Shown here one piece after another: positions 24,423-35,312 of a stretch of DNA of 64,000 nt; positions within the stretch are counted from its first letter, which is position 1, and every line of letters begins with the position of its first letter. Source of the DNA: Octopus vulgaris (taxonomy: Eukaryota); contig OX597827.1 in the NCBI GenBank assembly GCA_951406725.2, positions 38,068,001 through 38,132,000 of the forward strand, in the 5' to 3' direction. The position numbers were made by a program, and so were the translations under genes. The notes below the pieces were generated by a model. That model was given only the letters and a program-made list of their open reading frames with translations. It was not told where the DNA came from and searched no databases.

Positions 24423-24424
<2 letters not shown>

Positions 24425-24509
24425 CACTATTAATAATAATAAAGACAGTAATACTAGTATTATAAATAATGGCAATAACAATAATATGAATAATGATAAT
24501 GTTCATTAA

Positions 24510-25510
24510 CCACTAAGGGTTCACAAAAACATTGGGGACAGTACAGGACAATACAATGTGGGGTTAGATAAAAGGCATGTAAAAAATAAAACAATCTCAA
24601 TGTAAATTATAACAATGAATAATTCCCCAAAAGAAGGAGACTTCTTAGGGCTGCTTGTGGAGATCCCACAAAAACCAGGATTGTGCTGACCACTAGGACA
24701 AGTGCTCTCTTTACATTGTCCTCCTTCAACTTACAGGTGCATGCTTAGTTGGACCATTCACTTGGACCATTCTTGCAACATTCACCCACCTTTTAGTAAA
24801 ATTATGGGGAAGCAGTACTTCCCTTTCCACCCGCACTTTCCATTTCAAGTTAAACTTAAGAAGGCTTGGCCAAAGAGGAAAGTGTCTGTCTTCAGCCCTT
24901 TCAATATGGTCCACCACACAACCTCGTTTGCTAAGGCTATCAAGCAAAGAAAGACAATCCTGCCACCTTCCTTCCTTTCGCTGGGAAGTCCTGCCAGGTA
25001 CCCCCTGGTAGTACTGCAAAGTCAAGGATTTCTGGAAATTATCCGTAGGCCCTGGCTCAAAACCTTGAAACAGACCAACCAGTTGATTCTAACCAATGCC
25101 CAGAATCTCCCCGAGAACATCATTGTACTCGTCTGCCACTAACCCTCTATAGAAAGCCAGAGTGGATCTTCCACTGACTACTTTTCCTGATTGACAGAGG
25201 ACTGTGAGCACCTGACAACACTCTGTTTATGCTTGATCCAAGACTGCAGCTCAGTCAAAGAGACAAACTGTGGAAAATCCCATCTGAAAAACTATGACCA
25301 TACCTTCTCACCATCAAGGAAGCACTGGAGATGCCATAACTTCAGCACATGTTTGTACATCAGTAGCCACAGCATGCCCAGCCCTCCATTCAGCAGATTT
25401 TGATAGCAAATGGAGCACCTGAACAAAGGAACTCATTCCTTTCACAAAAAAACAGAAGGGTGGAAAGTAAGCTAGCAGAAGTATTCTGCTGACCTTAGAA
25501 TGTGACATGC
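24510..25510 (-). mobile_element. Degraded L1/Tx1-like LINE 3' end
   Basis: Fragments QGPTDNFQKSL..YYQG and KFNLKWKVRVEREVL..FTKRWVNVARM resemble an ORF2 C-terminus, followed by a 3' UTR. Recognised from memory, not aligned. Confidence 0.55.
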
Positions 25511-25869
25511 AGAGACATAACAGAAAAGGAGAAAAAGAGGGAAGAAGTTAGTAAGGGGTAGGGTGTGCCTTAAAGAGTTAGAGTAGAAACTTAAAATTAA
25601 GGAAGAAACCAAAATTTGGTTGGGATATTTATTAAATATTTAGTTTTGAATAAACATATAGCTTGTAATGAAATAGGGTGAATTGAAATTAGATACAATT
25701 CAAAATTAAAATATGTCTAGGAACAGTGGTAGAGTACCAAGACAGAGTTGTAAAATAAGGAGAAAAGTATATAGTGTTGCTATTGCTATATGTAAGAATA
25801 TACATACTTATATACAGGGGTTGGACAAAATAATGGAAACATCTTAAAATTTCAAAGAAATTTATTTTA

Positions 25870-26895
25870 ATATGGGGTAGGACTGCTTTTGGCAGTAATT
25901 ACAGCTTGAATTCTACGAGGTATGGACTCATACAAATTTTGATTTGTTTCCAAAGGAATTTTTGTCCATTCTTCAGCTAAATCAGTCTCAAGTCCTTGTA
26001 GTGATGATGGTTAGGATATCAACTCCTTACTTGTTTTTTCTAAAATGCACCATAAATGTTCAATAATATTGAGATCTGGGGACTGTGGTAGCCAGATAAG
26101 ATGTTCAACTTCACTAGAATTTTCCTCATGCCATTCAGTAATAATTTTAGCTGTGTGAATTGGTGCATTATCATCCTGAAAGATTGCGTTTCCCTCAAGA
26201 AACAGTTCCACAACCATAGGATGAATTTGATCAGATAAAATGCTTAAATAATCTTGACTATTAATTCTGCCTTGAAGAGAAACCATTGGGCCAGCGGATT
26301 TCCAAGATATAGACCCCCAGGTCATCACAGATCCTCCTCCATGTTTAACAGTTGGAAGAAGGTAGTCTGGGTCAAATGCTTCTTTTGGCTGTCTCCACAC
26401 ATATACTTGACTGGTGGTTGGAAATAAGATAAAGGATGACTTGTCTGAGAAAATAACATTCTTCTACTGCTCTAGGGACCAATTCTGTAGGTTTTTACTC
26501 CACTCTAAATGCTTTGCAATGTTTGTTTTTGAAAGTAGTAGTTTTCTGATTGCAGCCCTCCCATGAAATCCAGTTTCATGCAGCTCCTGGTGAACAGTTT
26601 TTGTGGAAACTGGGTTCTCGAGGTGGTCATTAAGCTCTGCAGTAATTTTGGGAGCTGTACTGTTGTGATCCTTTCTAACAATTCACATAAGAATTCGATG
26701 GTCCCCATCTGAAAGTTTTCGTTTTCTTCCAGAGTTTTGTTTTGACGAGATTTTTCCCTCTTTCTCAAAGACTGTCATTACTTTCGTGATAGTACTTCTT
26801 GATACACCAAACATTTCGGCTGTTTTCATTACACTAGTGCCTGCCATATGAGCACCAACAATTTGACCTCTTTGAAAGTCCGATAGATCTGTCAT
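25870..26895 (-). pseudogene. Tc1 transposase, frameshifted
   Basis: MTDLSDFQRGQIVGA (HTH), TVKHGGGSVMTWG, FQDDNAPIH and WLPQSPDLNIIEHLW, split across several frames. Confidence 0.93.
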
Positions 26896-27045
26896 TTTAA
26901 TGAATTTTAATTACCTTTTTATGATGATATCTGAAAAGAAACGGCAATTTTAGCAAAACATTAAGCAATACTAATAATAAATCAAGAAACATAAAAATAA
27001 ACAAGCTTTTGACAGTTTTATAGATATTTCAAAATTATGATGCTA

Positions 27046-27525
27046 TTCGAAATCAAAATTAAATTCAATGACTGGCATCCATGCTAGTGGAGCGCTGAGA
27101 GTACCATACGAGCGTGATCATTGCCAGAGCAACAAGCAGGCCTCTGTGCCGATGGCACATAAAATGCACCATTTGAGCATGATCGTTACCTACGTCGCCT
27201 TACTGGCATTTGCCCTGGTGGCACACGAAAAAACATTCAAACGAGGTTCTTGCCAATGCTGCTGGACTGGCTCCTGTGCAGGTGGCACATAAAAAGTACC
27301 TGTTGAGCGTGGCCAATGCCAGTACCGCCTGACTGGCCCTCGTGCCGGTGGCATGTAAAAGCACCCACTACACTCTCGGAGTGGTTAGCATTAGGAAGGG
27401 CATCCAGCTGTAGAAACTCTGCCAGATCAGATTGGAGTCTGGTGCAGCCATCTGGTTCGCAAGACCTCAGTCAAATCATCCAACACATGCTAGCATGGAA
27501 AGCGGACGTTAAACGATGATGATGT
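27046..27525 (+). mobile_element. RTE-type 3' tail retroposed into the Tc1 element
   Basis: Ends GGACGTTAAACGATGATGATG and is flanked by the direct repeat TGATGCTA (27038-27045 and 27526-27533). Confidence 0.85.
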
Positions 27526-28580
27526 TGATGCTAGGTGTTTCCATTATTTTGTCCAACCCCTGTATATCCATCTGTTTAGTTTGTTTTGAGCAAAAGCCTC
27601 AGAATGTTCTCTTAAAAGCTCCTATGCTTCTTGTTGTCAGCTACCACCTGTCAGTCTCATCTCCCAGTGGAATGGTTATACAGGTGGAACTCCTTTCAGC
27701 TAAGGATAAATATAATAATAATAATAACTTGTGGATGGTAATTCGAAGGCTATCCCACATGTTTATTAGTTAGGAAGTTTTCATATTCATAAGATATCTA
27801 TCATAATAATGAGCTTGTTTGTAAGTTTGTCCAAAATCATGCAACAAGAGAGTAGACGTCAGCATAAGTAAGAGTAAAAAAAAGGGAAGAGACAAAATGG
27901 TAATAACAATGAGAGAGGGATTGATATCAAACACCTCTCGCCCTCTCCCTCTCTCTTTCTCTCTCTGAACAAAAGCCTTTTCACTTTATTGATGAACACT
28001 GCCTCGCTCTTTCTCTCACTTTCTATTTACAAATGCGCACACACACTCTCTCTTTGTCTCTCACTCTTTTCACTCACTCTCTTTCTCTCTCTCAGCAACA
28101 TTTTCATTTTTATTCAATGAACACTGATTTTTTTCTGATAAACATTAATAACAATATATAAGATAAGTAAATAAGATTTTTGCACCTCAAAATTATATTT
28201 TTTGTGTCTCTATGGATGTTTGACTTTTCTGGAAGATTTTTTTGTTTAAAAGACTGCAGCAAAGTTAATAGAATATAAGATAAGTAAATAAGTAGTAATT
28301 TTTAAGTCATAAAATTAAAATATTGTCTATTGAAAGAAAGCTTGATAATTGTAGTGGGCTGGATGTGATGTACCCACATCCTTTTTTCCAAGCTGAGATT
28401 TGAAATCAAATCTAAGGATTCTCACTCATCTGATCCTCCACTAGCCAAACAGGTGTGAAAGAAATTTCTTTGTCCTGTCAAAAAGTGATGAATGGGTTTC
28501 CCTTCAACCTATGACCTGAGCTGTGTCATTTAAGCTTCAAGTGGACAGGAGGTGACCTACATTGGTAGAAATTACTCTTG

Positions 28581-28820
28581 TGGTATGTCTGGCGGCGAGC
28601 TGGCAGAAACATTAGCACGCCAGGCAAAATGCTTAGTGGTATTTCATCTGCCGCTACGTTCTGAGTTCAAATTCCGCCAAAGTCGACTTTGCCTTTCAAC
28701 CTTTCAGGGTCGATTAAATAAGTACCAGTTACGCATTGGGGTCGATATAATCGACTTAATCCGTTTGTCTGTCCTTGTTTGTCCTCTCTGTGTTTAACCC
28801 CTTATGGGTAGTAAAGAAAA
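28581..28820 (+). mobile_element. tRNA-derived SINE, well preserved
   Basis: GGCGGCGAGCTGGCAGAAACATTAGCACGCC...GAGTTCAAATTCCGCC...TTTGCCTTTCAACCTTTCAGGGTCGATTAAATAAGTACCAG. Confidence 0.9.
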
Positions 28821-28849
28821 AGTATGTCTGTCCTTCTAGCTGTCATGAC

Positions 28850-29690
28850 AACTATAAATACAGTCAGACATACGACAGATGACAAACTGCGGCTAGCGCG
28901 ATGTAGCGGCAGGCCTGTGCAAGGCCTGCGCCGTTCGCCCGCGTCTCCGCCGCCGAACCGTGCGTGAAATCGAAAGCACGAAACTAAGCGGGCGGTGTCG
29001 GCCACGTACGCGCGGACCTAGCCGCGACCGATGCTGCGAGGTACTGGCGTTCGATACGGCGACGTGGTCCGTCTCGTAAATTCCCGAAAGATGACAAACT
29101 GCGGCCGCTGCCGGTAGCAGCGGGCCTGCGCCTGCCTTCGCCCGCGCCTCCGCCGCGCTACCGCGAGGCTGAAGTGCGGCTTGAGCGAAGCTGGCGCTCT
29201 CGCCCACGTACACGTGGACGTAGGCGCGATCGATGCCGTCAGTCGCCGGGAGTGCGTGGCGATATGCACCGGGTAAAAACAGCGACGTGGTCCGACCCGT
29301 GAGTTAAGGAGGTGCTCGGACCGTAAGCAAACGGATCGGCCCCGGCTGGATAGTCACGCCTCTAGGTGACCGTCGCACCCCAAGGGGGTCCAGACTAATA
29401 TGTAGGGTTGTGGTTGATCGGCATAGGTTAGCGTCTCGGAGGGATGTCCTCGTAGCTCCTTTTCTGACGACGGTTAGCTCCCCGTTTGCCGGTGCAAGAT
29501 CGATTCTACACGGCCGGCGCGTCCTCGAATTTCCGCCGCCGAACCGCCCGCCTTTCAGACGCTGCGTTCGCCCGCCCGTTGACGCCCGCGTTTGCCCGCC
29601 TTTTGAAGCTCGCCTTTGTCCGCCTTCGCCCGCCTCTGGACGTCCGCTTCTTCACGCCCGCCTATTAGACGACCAATTTTTTGGTGTATC
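28850..29690. other. GC/CpG-rich island with two diverged ~210-bp direct repeats and CGCCCGCC micro-repeats; identity unknown
   Basis: AGATGACAAACTGCGGC at about 28877 and 29088, GCGACGTGGTCCG at about 29059 and 29282, and many stems. Composition contrasts sharply with the AT-rich flanks. Confidence 0.75.
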
Positions 29691-30852
29691 CAAGAAGTAA
29701 ATGCAAGTGTTGAGTAAATAAATTATTTAAAACACAATCCGATGCTTTCCCATTGTTTTACTTTGATGTCATCCACATGCCTATTTTATTTGCTACCTCA
29801 GCATTTTTTGCTACACCATCTCACTACATAATATTGTCTGTTTAAAGAAAGCTAAATAGAAAAGGAAGGTAATTATAAATATTTACAAATACTTGCCGAT
29901 ACAGTGATGTTTGTAAATATTTATGAATGAAGAATTTTGCTAAGGTGGTAAGAGTGTGAAAGAGACAGAGATAGAGAATGTGTAGATCTTGCTTGGAAAA
30001 AAAAAGTCTCTGTGTATGCCATTAATATAATCCTGTGTAATTTTATACTTTGTATGGTTGTGTATAGAAATATAAACAAATTAACGTACATACACACACG
30101 CACACAAATATACTCATTTGTTTTGAAGTTTGTAATCTGTTGTATTAAATATATTTATCCACCTGCTATGGAGAATGAATCTGATAGAAGGCGATGGTTA
30201 GCCAGAGAGAGAGACAAAGGTGAAGAACAGCCAGTCTCACTCAGGAAGAACTGGATGCAAGAAGATTAAACAATACATTAAGGTTATTAAATCAATCACG
30301 AGAAGTGAGACAAGAGAGATGAGTGCAAAATGCAAGAAGACAGGCTTGAAGATGTCAAAATGAAAAGGAGCACCTAATTGCACAAAGGAGAGATATCCAA
30401 AAAAGAGGGAGAGTGGCACAAAAGTGCCGAGATGAAACAGAAGAGAAAGCAGCAGTGAGGAGAGAATATCTAAGAATGAGAGTATCACAAAGGCGACGAT
30501 GAAACAGAAGAGGAAGCAGCACAAAGGAGAGAAATCAAGGAGAAGAATGGAAGAATTAAACGGACCATCCAAAACAAGGCAAACTCATTGCTGGTAGGGT
30601 TTTCACTAGAAACGTACTGCTGAAGCAATTACTGAGATAAAAGTTGTAATGTTTTTATTTTAATTTTATTATCTGTATCATTTTCATGCTGTCATTTCTG
30701 ACGGCACGGGTACACAAGTATCTAAGATTATTCTTAATACACACAAACACAACTCACATAATACATATCCACAAGCAATCCCACTTGATTCAATAAGTGA
30801 ATACCAGTTGCTTGACCTGCTAAAAATAACAACTGGATCTGTTCAGTTAAGT

Positions 30853-30990
30853 ATGGCTGTGGAAGTTAAGTTTGCTTTGTAACTAAGTGGTTTTGAGTTT
30901 GATCCTGCTGTGCAGCACCTTGGACAAGTGTTTTCTATCTTACCCTCAGGTCAATCAGAGCTTCTGGAATAAAAACTGGTATTTGGAAAC
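30853..30990 (+). mobile_element. Degraded tRNA-derived CORE-like SINE
   Basis: TGGCTGTG...GCACCTTGGACAAGTGTTTTCTA. Same family as 33348. Confidence 0.65.
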
Positions 30991-31676
30991 TATATGGATC
31001 CCATTAAAGGGGTCATTCTTGGTGATGACGGTAGACTTAATCCTTAACACAACTACATGATCCTTGGGGAACCGTCAACAGAGTTTGCTCTTCTGCTCTG
31101 ATTTCAGGAAAACCTCTTCCCTTCAGTTACATGGGTTCCTGAAATCAATAATGGATACTGTCCTTCTTAATCATTAAAAAGAAAAAGTTTCTAATAGTCC
31201 CTGAGGAATCAAAGTGAGCTATAATGGCCAATTCTGTTTGCTTGTATTCACTGCAATCATCAGTACTGTACACCAACCAAAATGAAATACATTCCGATAG
31301 TCATGATAAGCACTGCATATATACATGTGCAATGTGGGTCCAGACTAGAACTAAACCTTAACAACAGTCAAGTCAGTCACTTTATTGACTGATGGACAAG
31401 ACTACAGGTTTAGTTTGACTGCTAGAAATAGGGAGAAATCTCCCTCAAATTACACCTTACAGTCTGCTTGGTCAAGGATAACATTGGACTAAACAACTAC
31501 TGCTACTATTGTTGCAACAGATAAGACTGAAGATATATTTGCTATGTCACCTGACACTGTCATGAATAATGATTTCTCTGAAATGCAAAATCAGAAATGT
31601 GGAAGAGAAAATAAAAGTTTTAAGAACTGAAACTTTATCCTTATGTTTCACTCTTTCTACTATTTCCCAGTTTCAG

Positions 31677-32856
31677 TGTATAAAAATAGGATCACATGTG
31701 GTCGTATCGTGTAAGAGACACGGTCGCACGTGGTCATATTCTTAATGAGATATTACAGACCATATAATACATACAGCGGCAATAGAACACAAGTGGAATG
31801 ACAACAAGATTTTTTTTTGTGATATATACATTATTTATTTTACATATTTTACAATCATGTTGGTTGGAAGTTTGTAAGTGTTAGCATGTTTTTGTGTCTG
31901 TGTGTTCGTGAGGCATAAAAGGTACTGACCAGAGAAATAACAATGGAATTTGGTTCACAGTTCATGTTGTTGGTATCAGCCTAGCAACCGGTAGTAGCAG
32001 ATGGCTTAAGGTAGTTCTTAGAAGAACTAGAACTCAAGACAGATAATTGATTTACTGTTTATGAGGTACACGGAGTGTAAGAGTTCCATATCAAGATGTT
32101 GCGTCTCGTAGTTGAGATTAGTTGAATCACTTGTCGTGTTTATCCTTCTCTTGATATGGATTTCCTTTCAGATATATTAACTGTAGCTGTTTTTCCCGTG
32201 GTGATATTTTCACACTAACAGTATGAGAGGAATCTGTAACATCTTGTGTACAAGCTAAATCTTCGTGGATAGTTATGCTTGGTGATCGCCTGCCTTTCGA
32301 ACGGGAACATAGTTGGTATGCTCTGTGTGGTCAGAGGTCCGCCCTGAAAAGGACTGTAACCTAAGACGAGCTCTGTGGTCAGAGGTTAGTCCTGAGAAGG
32401 ACTAGAACCAAAGACGAACTCTGTGGTCAGAGGTTTAGCTCTGAAAAGAACTAAAAACCTAAGACGAGCGCTGTGGTCAGAGGTTCGCCCTGAGAAGGAC
32501 TTGAACCAAAGATGAACTTTGTGTGGTCAGAGGTTCGCCCTGAGAAGGACTTGAACCAAAGACGGATATTTGCCTGAGAACCCTTCTTTATATAAGGTTT
32601 ATGTGGCTCAAAACGAACTTCAGAAATGGAAAGCTGTGATTGGCTGCTTGGAACAATGGCGCGAAAATAAGCGGAGGCAAATCACGTCACGTGACAACCA
32701 GCGGTGCGAACGTAGTAGAGACCACGTGTCAGCCAATCGAATTAGTGTTTACAACAATGTTAAACTAGCCGAAGATGTTTGTAATCTCAAACGAGATTAT
32801 TCTTAATACTCTTCTCAAACAGTGAAGATAGCAATGAGTGTAACGATATTGCTACA
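31677..32856 (-). mobile_element. Probable solo LTR (~1.18 kb)
   Basis: Bounded by TGTA...TACA. On the minus strand the order is E-box, TTTTCGCGCC, CCAAT, TATATAAAG, 48-bp repeats, AATAAA. No clean TSD was seen. Confidence 0.5.
32321..32566. repeat. ~48-bp tandem repeat x5
   Basis: CTCTGTGGTCAGAGGTTCGCCCTGAGAAGGACTTGAACCAAAGACGAA and variants. Confidence 0.92.
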
Positions 32857-32981
32857 AGTTCATTTATCACTTCCAGTCACCTCATTACTTTTAAATCCTG
32901 CCCAATTCACTACCACTCCAATCTTTGTTTTAAACAATAATTGAAATTAAACATTTACAGAAGATATTTCTTCTATTTCAG

Positions 32982-33082
32982 GACTGAATGTCAAGAACAG
33001 ATAGATGATTTCGATGGTGCCAAGTATAAGAATTTCAGTACAGAAGAGGAAGCTCCGGCTTTTTCAGAAATTCCAGCATCAG
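32982..33082 (+). CDS. RNASEH1: RNase H1-like gene exon: second half of the hybrid-binding domain
   Basis: tttcag|G...AG|gtgaat. Translates (W)TECQEQIDDFDGAKYKNFSTEEEAPAF, compared with human [28 protein letters not shown]. The phase-2 intron would split the Trp codon. Orthologue versus paralogue is unresolved. Confidence 0.85.
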
Positions 33083-33149
33083 GTGAATAGAATTTTAGTG
33101 TTGTTTGGTATCATCATAATCATCATCACCATTGTCAAGATCAGAATAG

Positions 33150-33300
33150 ATTGGTATAATCAGTAGAGTGTTGACTGAATATCTTGTTGTATTTAGCTCA
33201 GTTTTTTATGTTCTGAGTTCAAATCCTAGTTAGGTCAAAATAACTTTCATCCTTCTGGGGCTCAATAATGGTCCAGTACTGAGATTGATATAGTCAGCTG
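33150..33300 (+). mobile_element. Degraded tRNA-derived SINE
   Basis: GTTCTGAGTTCAAATCC...CTTTCATCCTTCTGGGG. Confidence 0.65.
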
Positions 33301-33347
33301 TTCTCTCATTGTGACTTTGTGTCTGTATCAAAAAATAATTATTGTGC

Positions 33348-33490
33348 AGGTTTGATTGTGTTGTTAAGAAGCTTGCTTTGCAATCATATGATTTCAGGTT
33401 CAGTCCTACAATGCTTGCATTTTGGGCAAGTGTCTTATACTATAGTCCAGGCTGACCAATACCTTGTGAGTGAATTTGGTAAACAGAACA
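33348..33490 (+). mobile_element. tRNA-derived CORE-like SINE
   Basis: AAGAAGCTTGCTT...GGTTCAGTCC...TTGGGCAAGTGTCTTATACTATAG...CCTTGTGAGTGAATTTGGTA. Confidence 0.75.
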
Positions 33491-33499
33491 TGGACGATG

Positions 33500-33791
33500 C
33501 CTGGCTTCCATGCAAAATCTATTCAACCAATTGAGAAAAAACTCATGTCCGGAGTGAACGAATTCTCTCTTCTCTGTCAGACACTGGTGTCAATGCTGGC
33601 TGATTTGGATGACTCAGAAGAAAGCAAAGAATTTTCAACATTAGCATGTAATGTTGAAAATGATTTGGCTAAGTTGACAACAAGTGTTAAACTGGCAATT
33701 GATTCTAAGCTTTTGACAGGAACTACTTCATCTGAAGATGCATCAGAATCTCCTGAAAAGAAAAAGAGTGTTCAAAAAGGAGGTTTTACTG
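33500..33791 (+). CDS. Probable linker exon of the RNase H1-like gene (5' boundary uncertain)
   Basis: Open, protein-like frame (IEKKLMSGVNEFSLLCQTLVSMLADL...SESPEKKKSVQKGGFT). It ends G|gtaatg in phase 1, matching the next exon. No phase-1 acceptor was found. Confidence 0.6.
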
Positions 33792-33939
33792 GTAATGTAT
33801 CATGTTTTCATTCTCCTTTTAAGAGATTGTTAATATTTTATTATTATTTTTTTTAAATGAAAACTTGCAGCTTATTTTGCTTGGTATGATAAAAAGTGTC
33901 AGCTTCTCCTAGCCAGCAGGCTAAAGTGACACTTGTTTA

Positions 33940-34860
33940 CTGATCATGGTTCAAGAACCCTGTGGAGAACTCTTGCAGTTCCAAGCAATGCTGATTTTTA
34001 CAGGTGTTCTATTTTTACATTTGTACCAATCTTCTTGAGCTGTATTGGTATTTGATAACTGCTGATTCTTCCACCTGCACCAATCACTATTTGTATCATG
34101 TCCACTCTCTCCATTGCCCATAACCTGTGTATTTCCCACTTCAATTCATCATAGTTGTTCACTTTTTCTTTTTCTTTCTCTTCGATCCTGTTATCACCAG
34201 ACATGCTTGTCAATTATCAGGCATATTTTATTTTATTTTCTGTTCACCACAACAATGTTAGGTTTCCATTGTCTAATCTGATGATCACACTGAATCATTG
34301 TATTTCACAGGGTTTTGCAATCTTCATTCGCAGTAATTCCCTCTGAAATTTGGTCATACCATGTCTGATCTTTCTAGGCCATAATTTCCACAAATCTCCA
34401 ATGGATCATTCTTGCCTCATTGTCTTGTCGTCTTTGTATTTACAATGTGCTGATTTTGGTTATTCACTAACAATGCACACTGTTTCACTCCTCTCACCAT
34501 TCATTTGGCATTTGTCACTCTTAGTTGTGTTATCAATTTTGCACTTTAAATAGTTTGTCCTCAATGCTTGTTCTTGTGCTGTGCATATAAGTGCTTCTGT
34601 GTCTGTCTTGGAGCTCATATCTCTTGCAAACTGACTGTACTTTTTTTTGTGTTCTTTTCTTCTTTAGATTTCTCTTTCTTAACACAATTATCAATTTTGA
34701 TGATTTTGGACTTCTTCACATGTATCAGCAATGGTTCGGTGGCATTTTTTACATATCATCCTAAGCTGCTTTTCTCTGCTTCAACACAATCCCAACAACT
34801 GATCAATTCCCCCCACCCTTTCTTCTATAAGTATCACTCTTGGAATAAATTGTTCCATGA
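33940..34860 (-). mobile_element. Decayed R4/Dong-like (RLE) LINE 3' fragment
   Basis: Fragments TEALICTAQEQALRTNY, a degenerate CCHC region, GDNRIEEKEKEK..YDELKWE..RLW and IVIGA.G. Confidence 0.75.
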
Positions 34861-35104
34861 TCTGTCAATAGCTTCCATGACTTCATATTCATACTCATCA
34901 GTGTCAATAGTTTCTGTGTCTTTGAATCCATACTCATCATCATCATCATTATTATTGCAATCCCTACCAAGATCTACTTTGCCATTCACCTCTCCATGGT
35001 TAATAAAATAATGTACTTGTCAGTTACAAGGATTGATTTAATTGACTGATCTCTTCCTGCAAACTTCAGGTTTTGTGCCGATATTAGAAACAATTATTAT
35101 TATT

Positions 35105-35312
35105 GGGGATTGGTAGAATCAGTAGAGCATCAAGAAAATTTCTCACAAGTGTTTGCTCTGGCTCTTTATGTCCTGAGTTCAAATTCTGCCAATGCCAACT
35201 TTGTCTTTCATCCTTTCAGAGTTGACCTTGAACTCACCAATCAAGTAAGTTTAAGGTCAATGGTTTTGACTAACCTGCTCCCCTCAAAAATGTTGGCCTT
35301 GTACCAAAATTA
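35105..35312 (+). mobile_element. Degraded tRNA-derived SINE
   Basis: TGGTAGAATC...GAGTTCAAATTCTGCC...TTTGTCTTTCATCCTTTC. Confidence 0.7.

Larger units (their letters stand above)
25815..27562 (-). mobile_element. Tc1-family DNA transposon (DD36E spacing), both ends present, transposase decayed
   Basis: 27-bp TIRs CAGGGGTTGGACAAAATAATGGAAACA and TGTTTCCATTATTTTGTCCAACCCCTG, each flanked by TA. Confidence 0.96.
27797..30718 (+). mobile_element. Probable degraded Helitron with nested inserts
   Basis: 5' end A|TCTATCATAATAATGAGCTTGTTTGTAAGTTTGTCC. 3' hairpin (CATGCTGTCA.TTTC.TGACGGCACG) followed by CAAG|T, a mutated CTAG. A decayed R/E/Q-rich frame at 30170-30570 resembles Helitron N-terminal repeats. 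Pairing of the two ends is inferred. Confidence 0.55.

Noticed and set aside
24284-24509. Poly-Asn and poly-Leu ORFs
   Set aside because: They are translations of the (AAT)n microsatellite.
28520-28570. Candidate first coding exon of the RNase H1-like gene ending TG|gtag
   Set aside because: The translation (KWTGGDLHW) does not match the expected YAV..GR..G.Y..W motif. The first exon was not located.
28581-28680. tRNA gene
   Set aside because: An A/B-box-like head continues into a multi-copy SINE core, and no cloverleaf is evident.
29165-29200. Possible hammerhead core (CTGAAGTG...CGAAG) in the GC island
   Set aside because: It lacks CUGANGA and GAAA and has no suitable stems I and III.
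28802-29700. Overlapping Arg/Ala/Pro-rich ORFs (protamine-like)
   Set aside because: Open frames on both strands are expected at this GC content, and no consistent coding frame is evident.
32321-32566. CRISPR-like appearance of the 48-bp repeats
   Set aside because: The repeats are contiguous with no unique spacers, no cas genes are present, and the context is eukaryotic.
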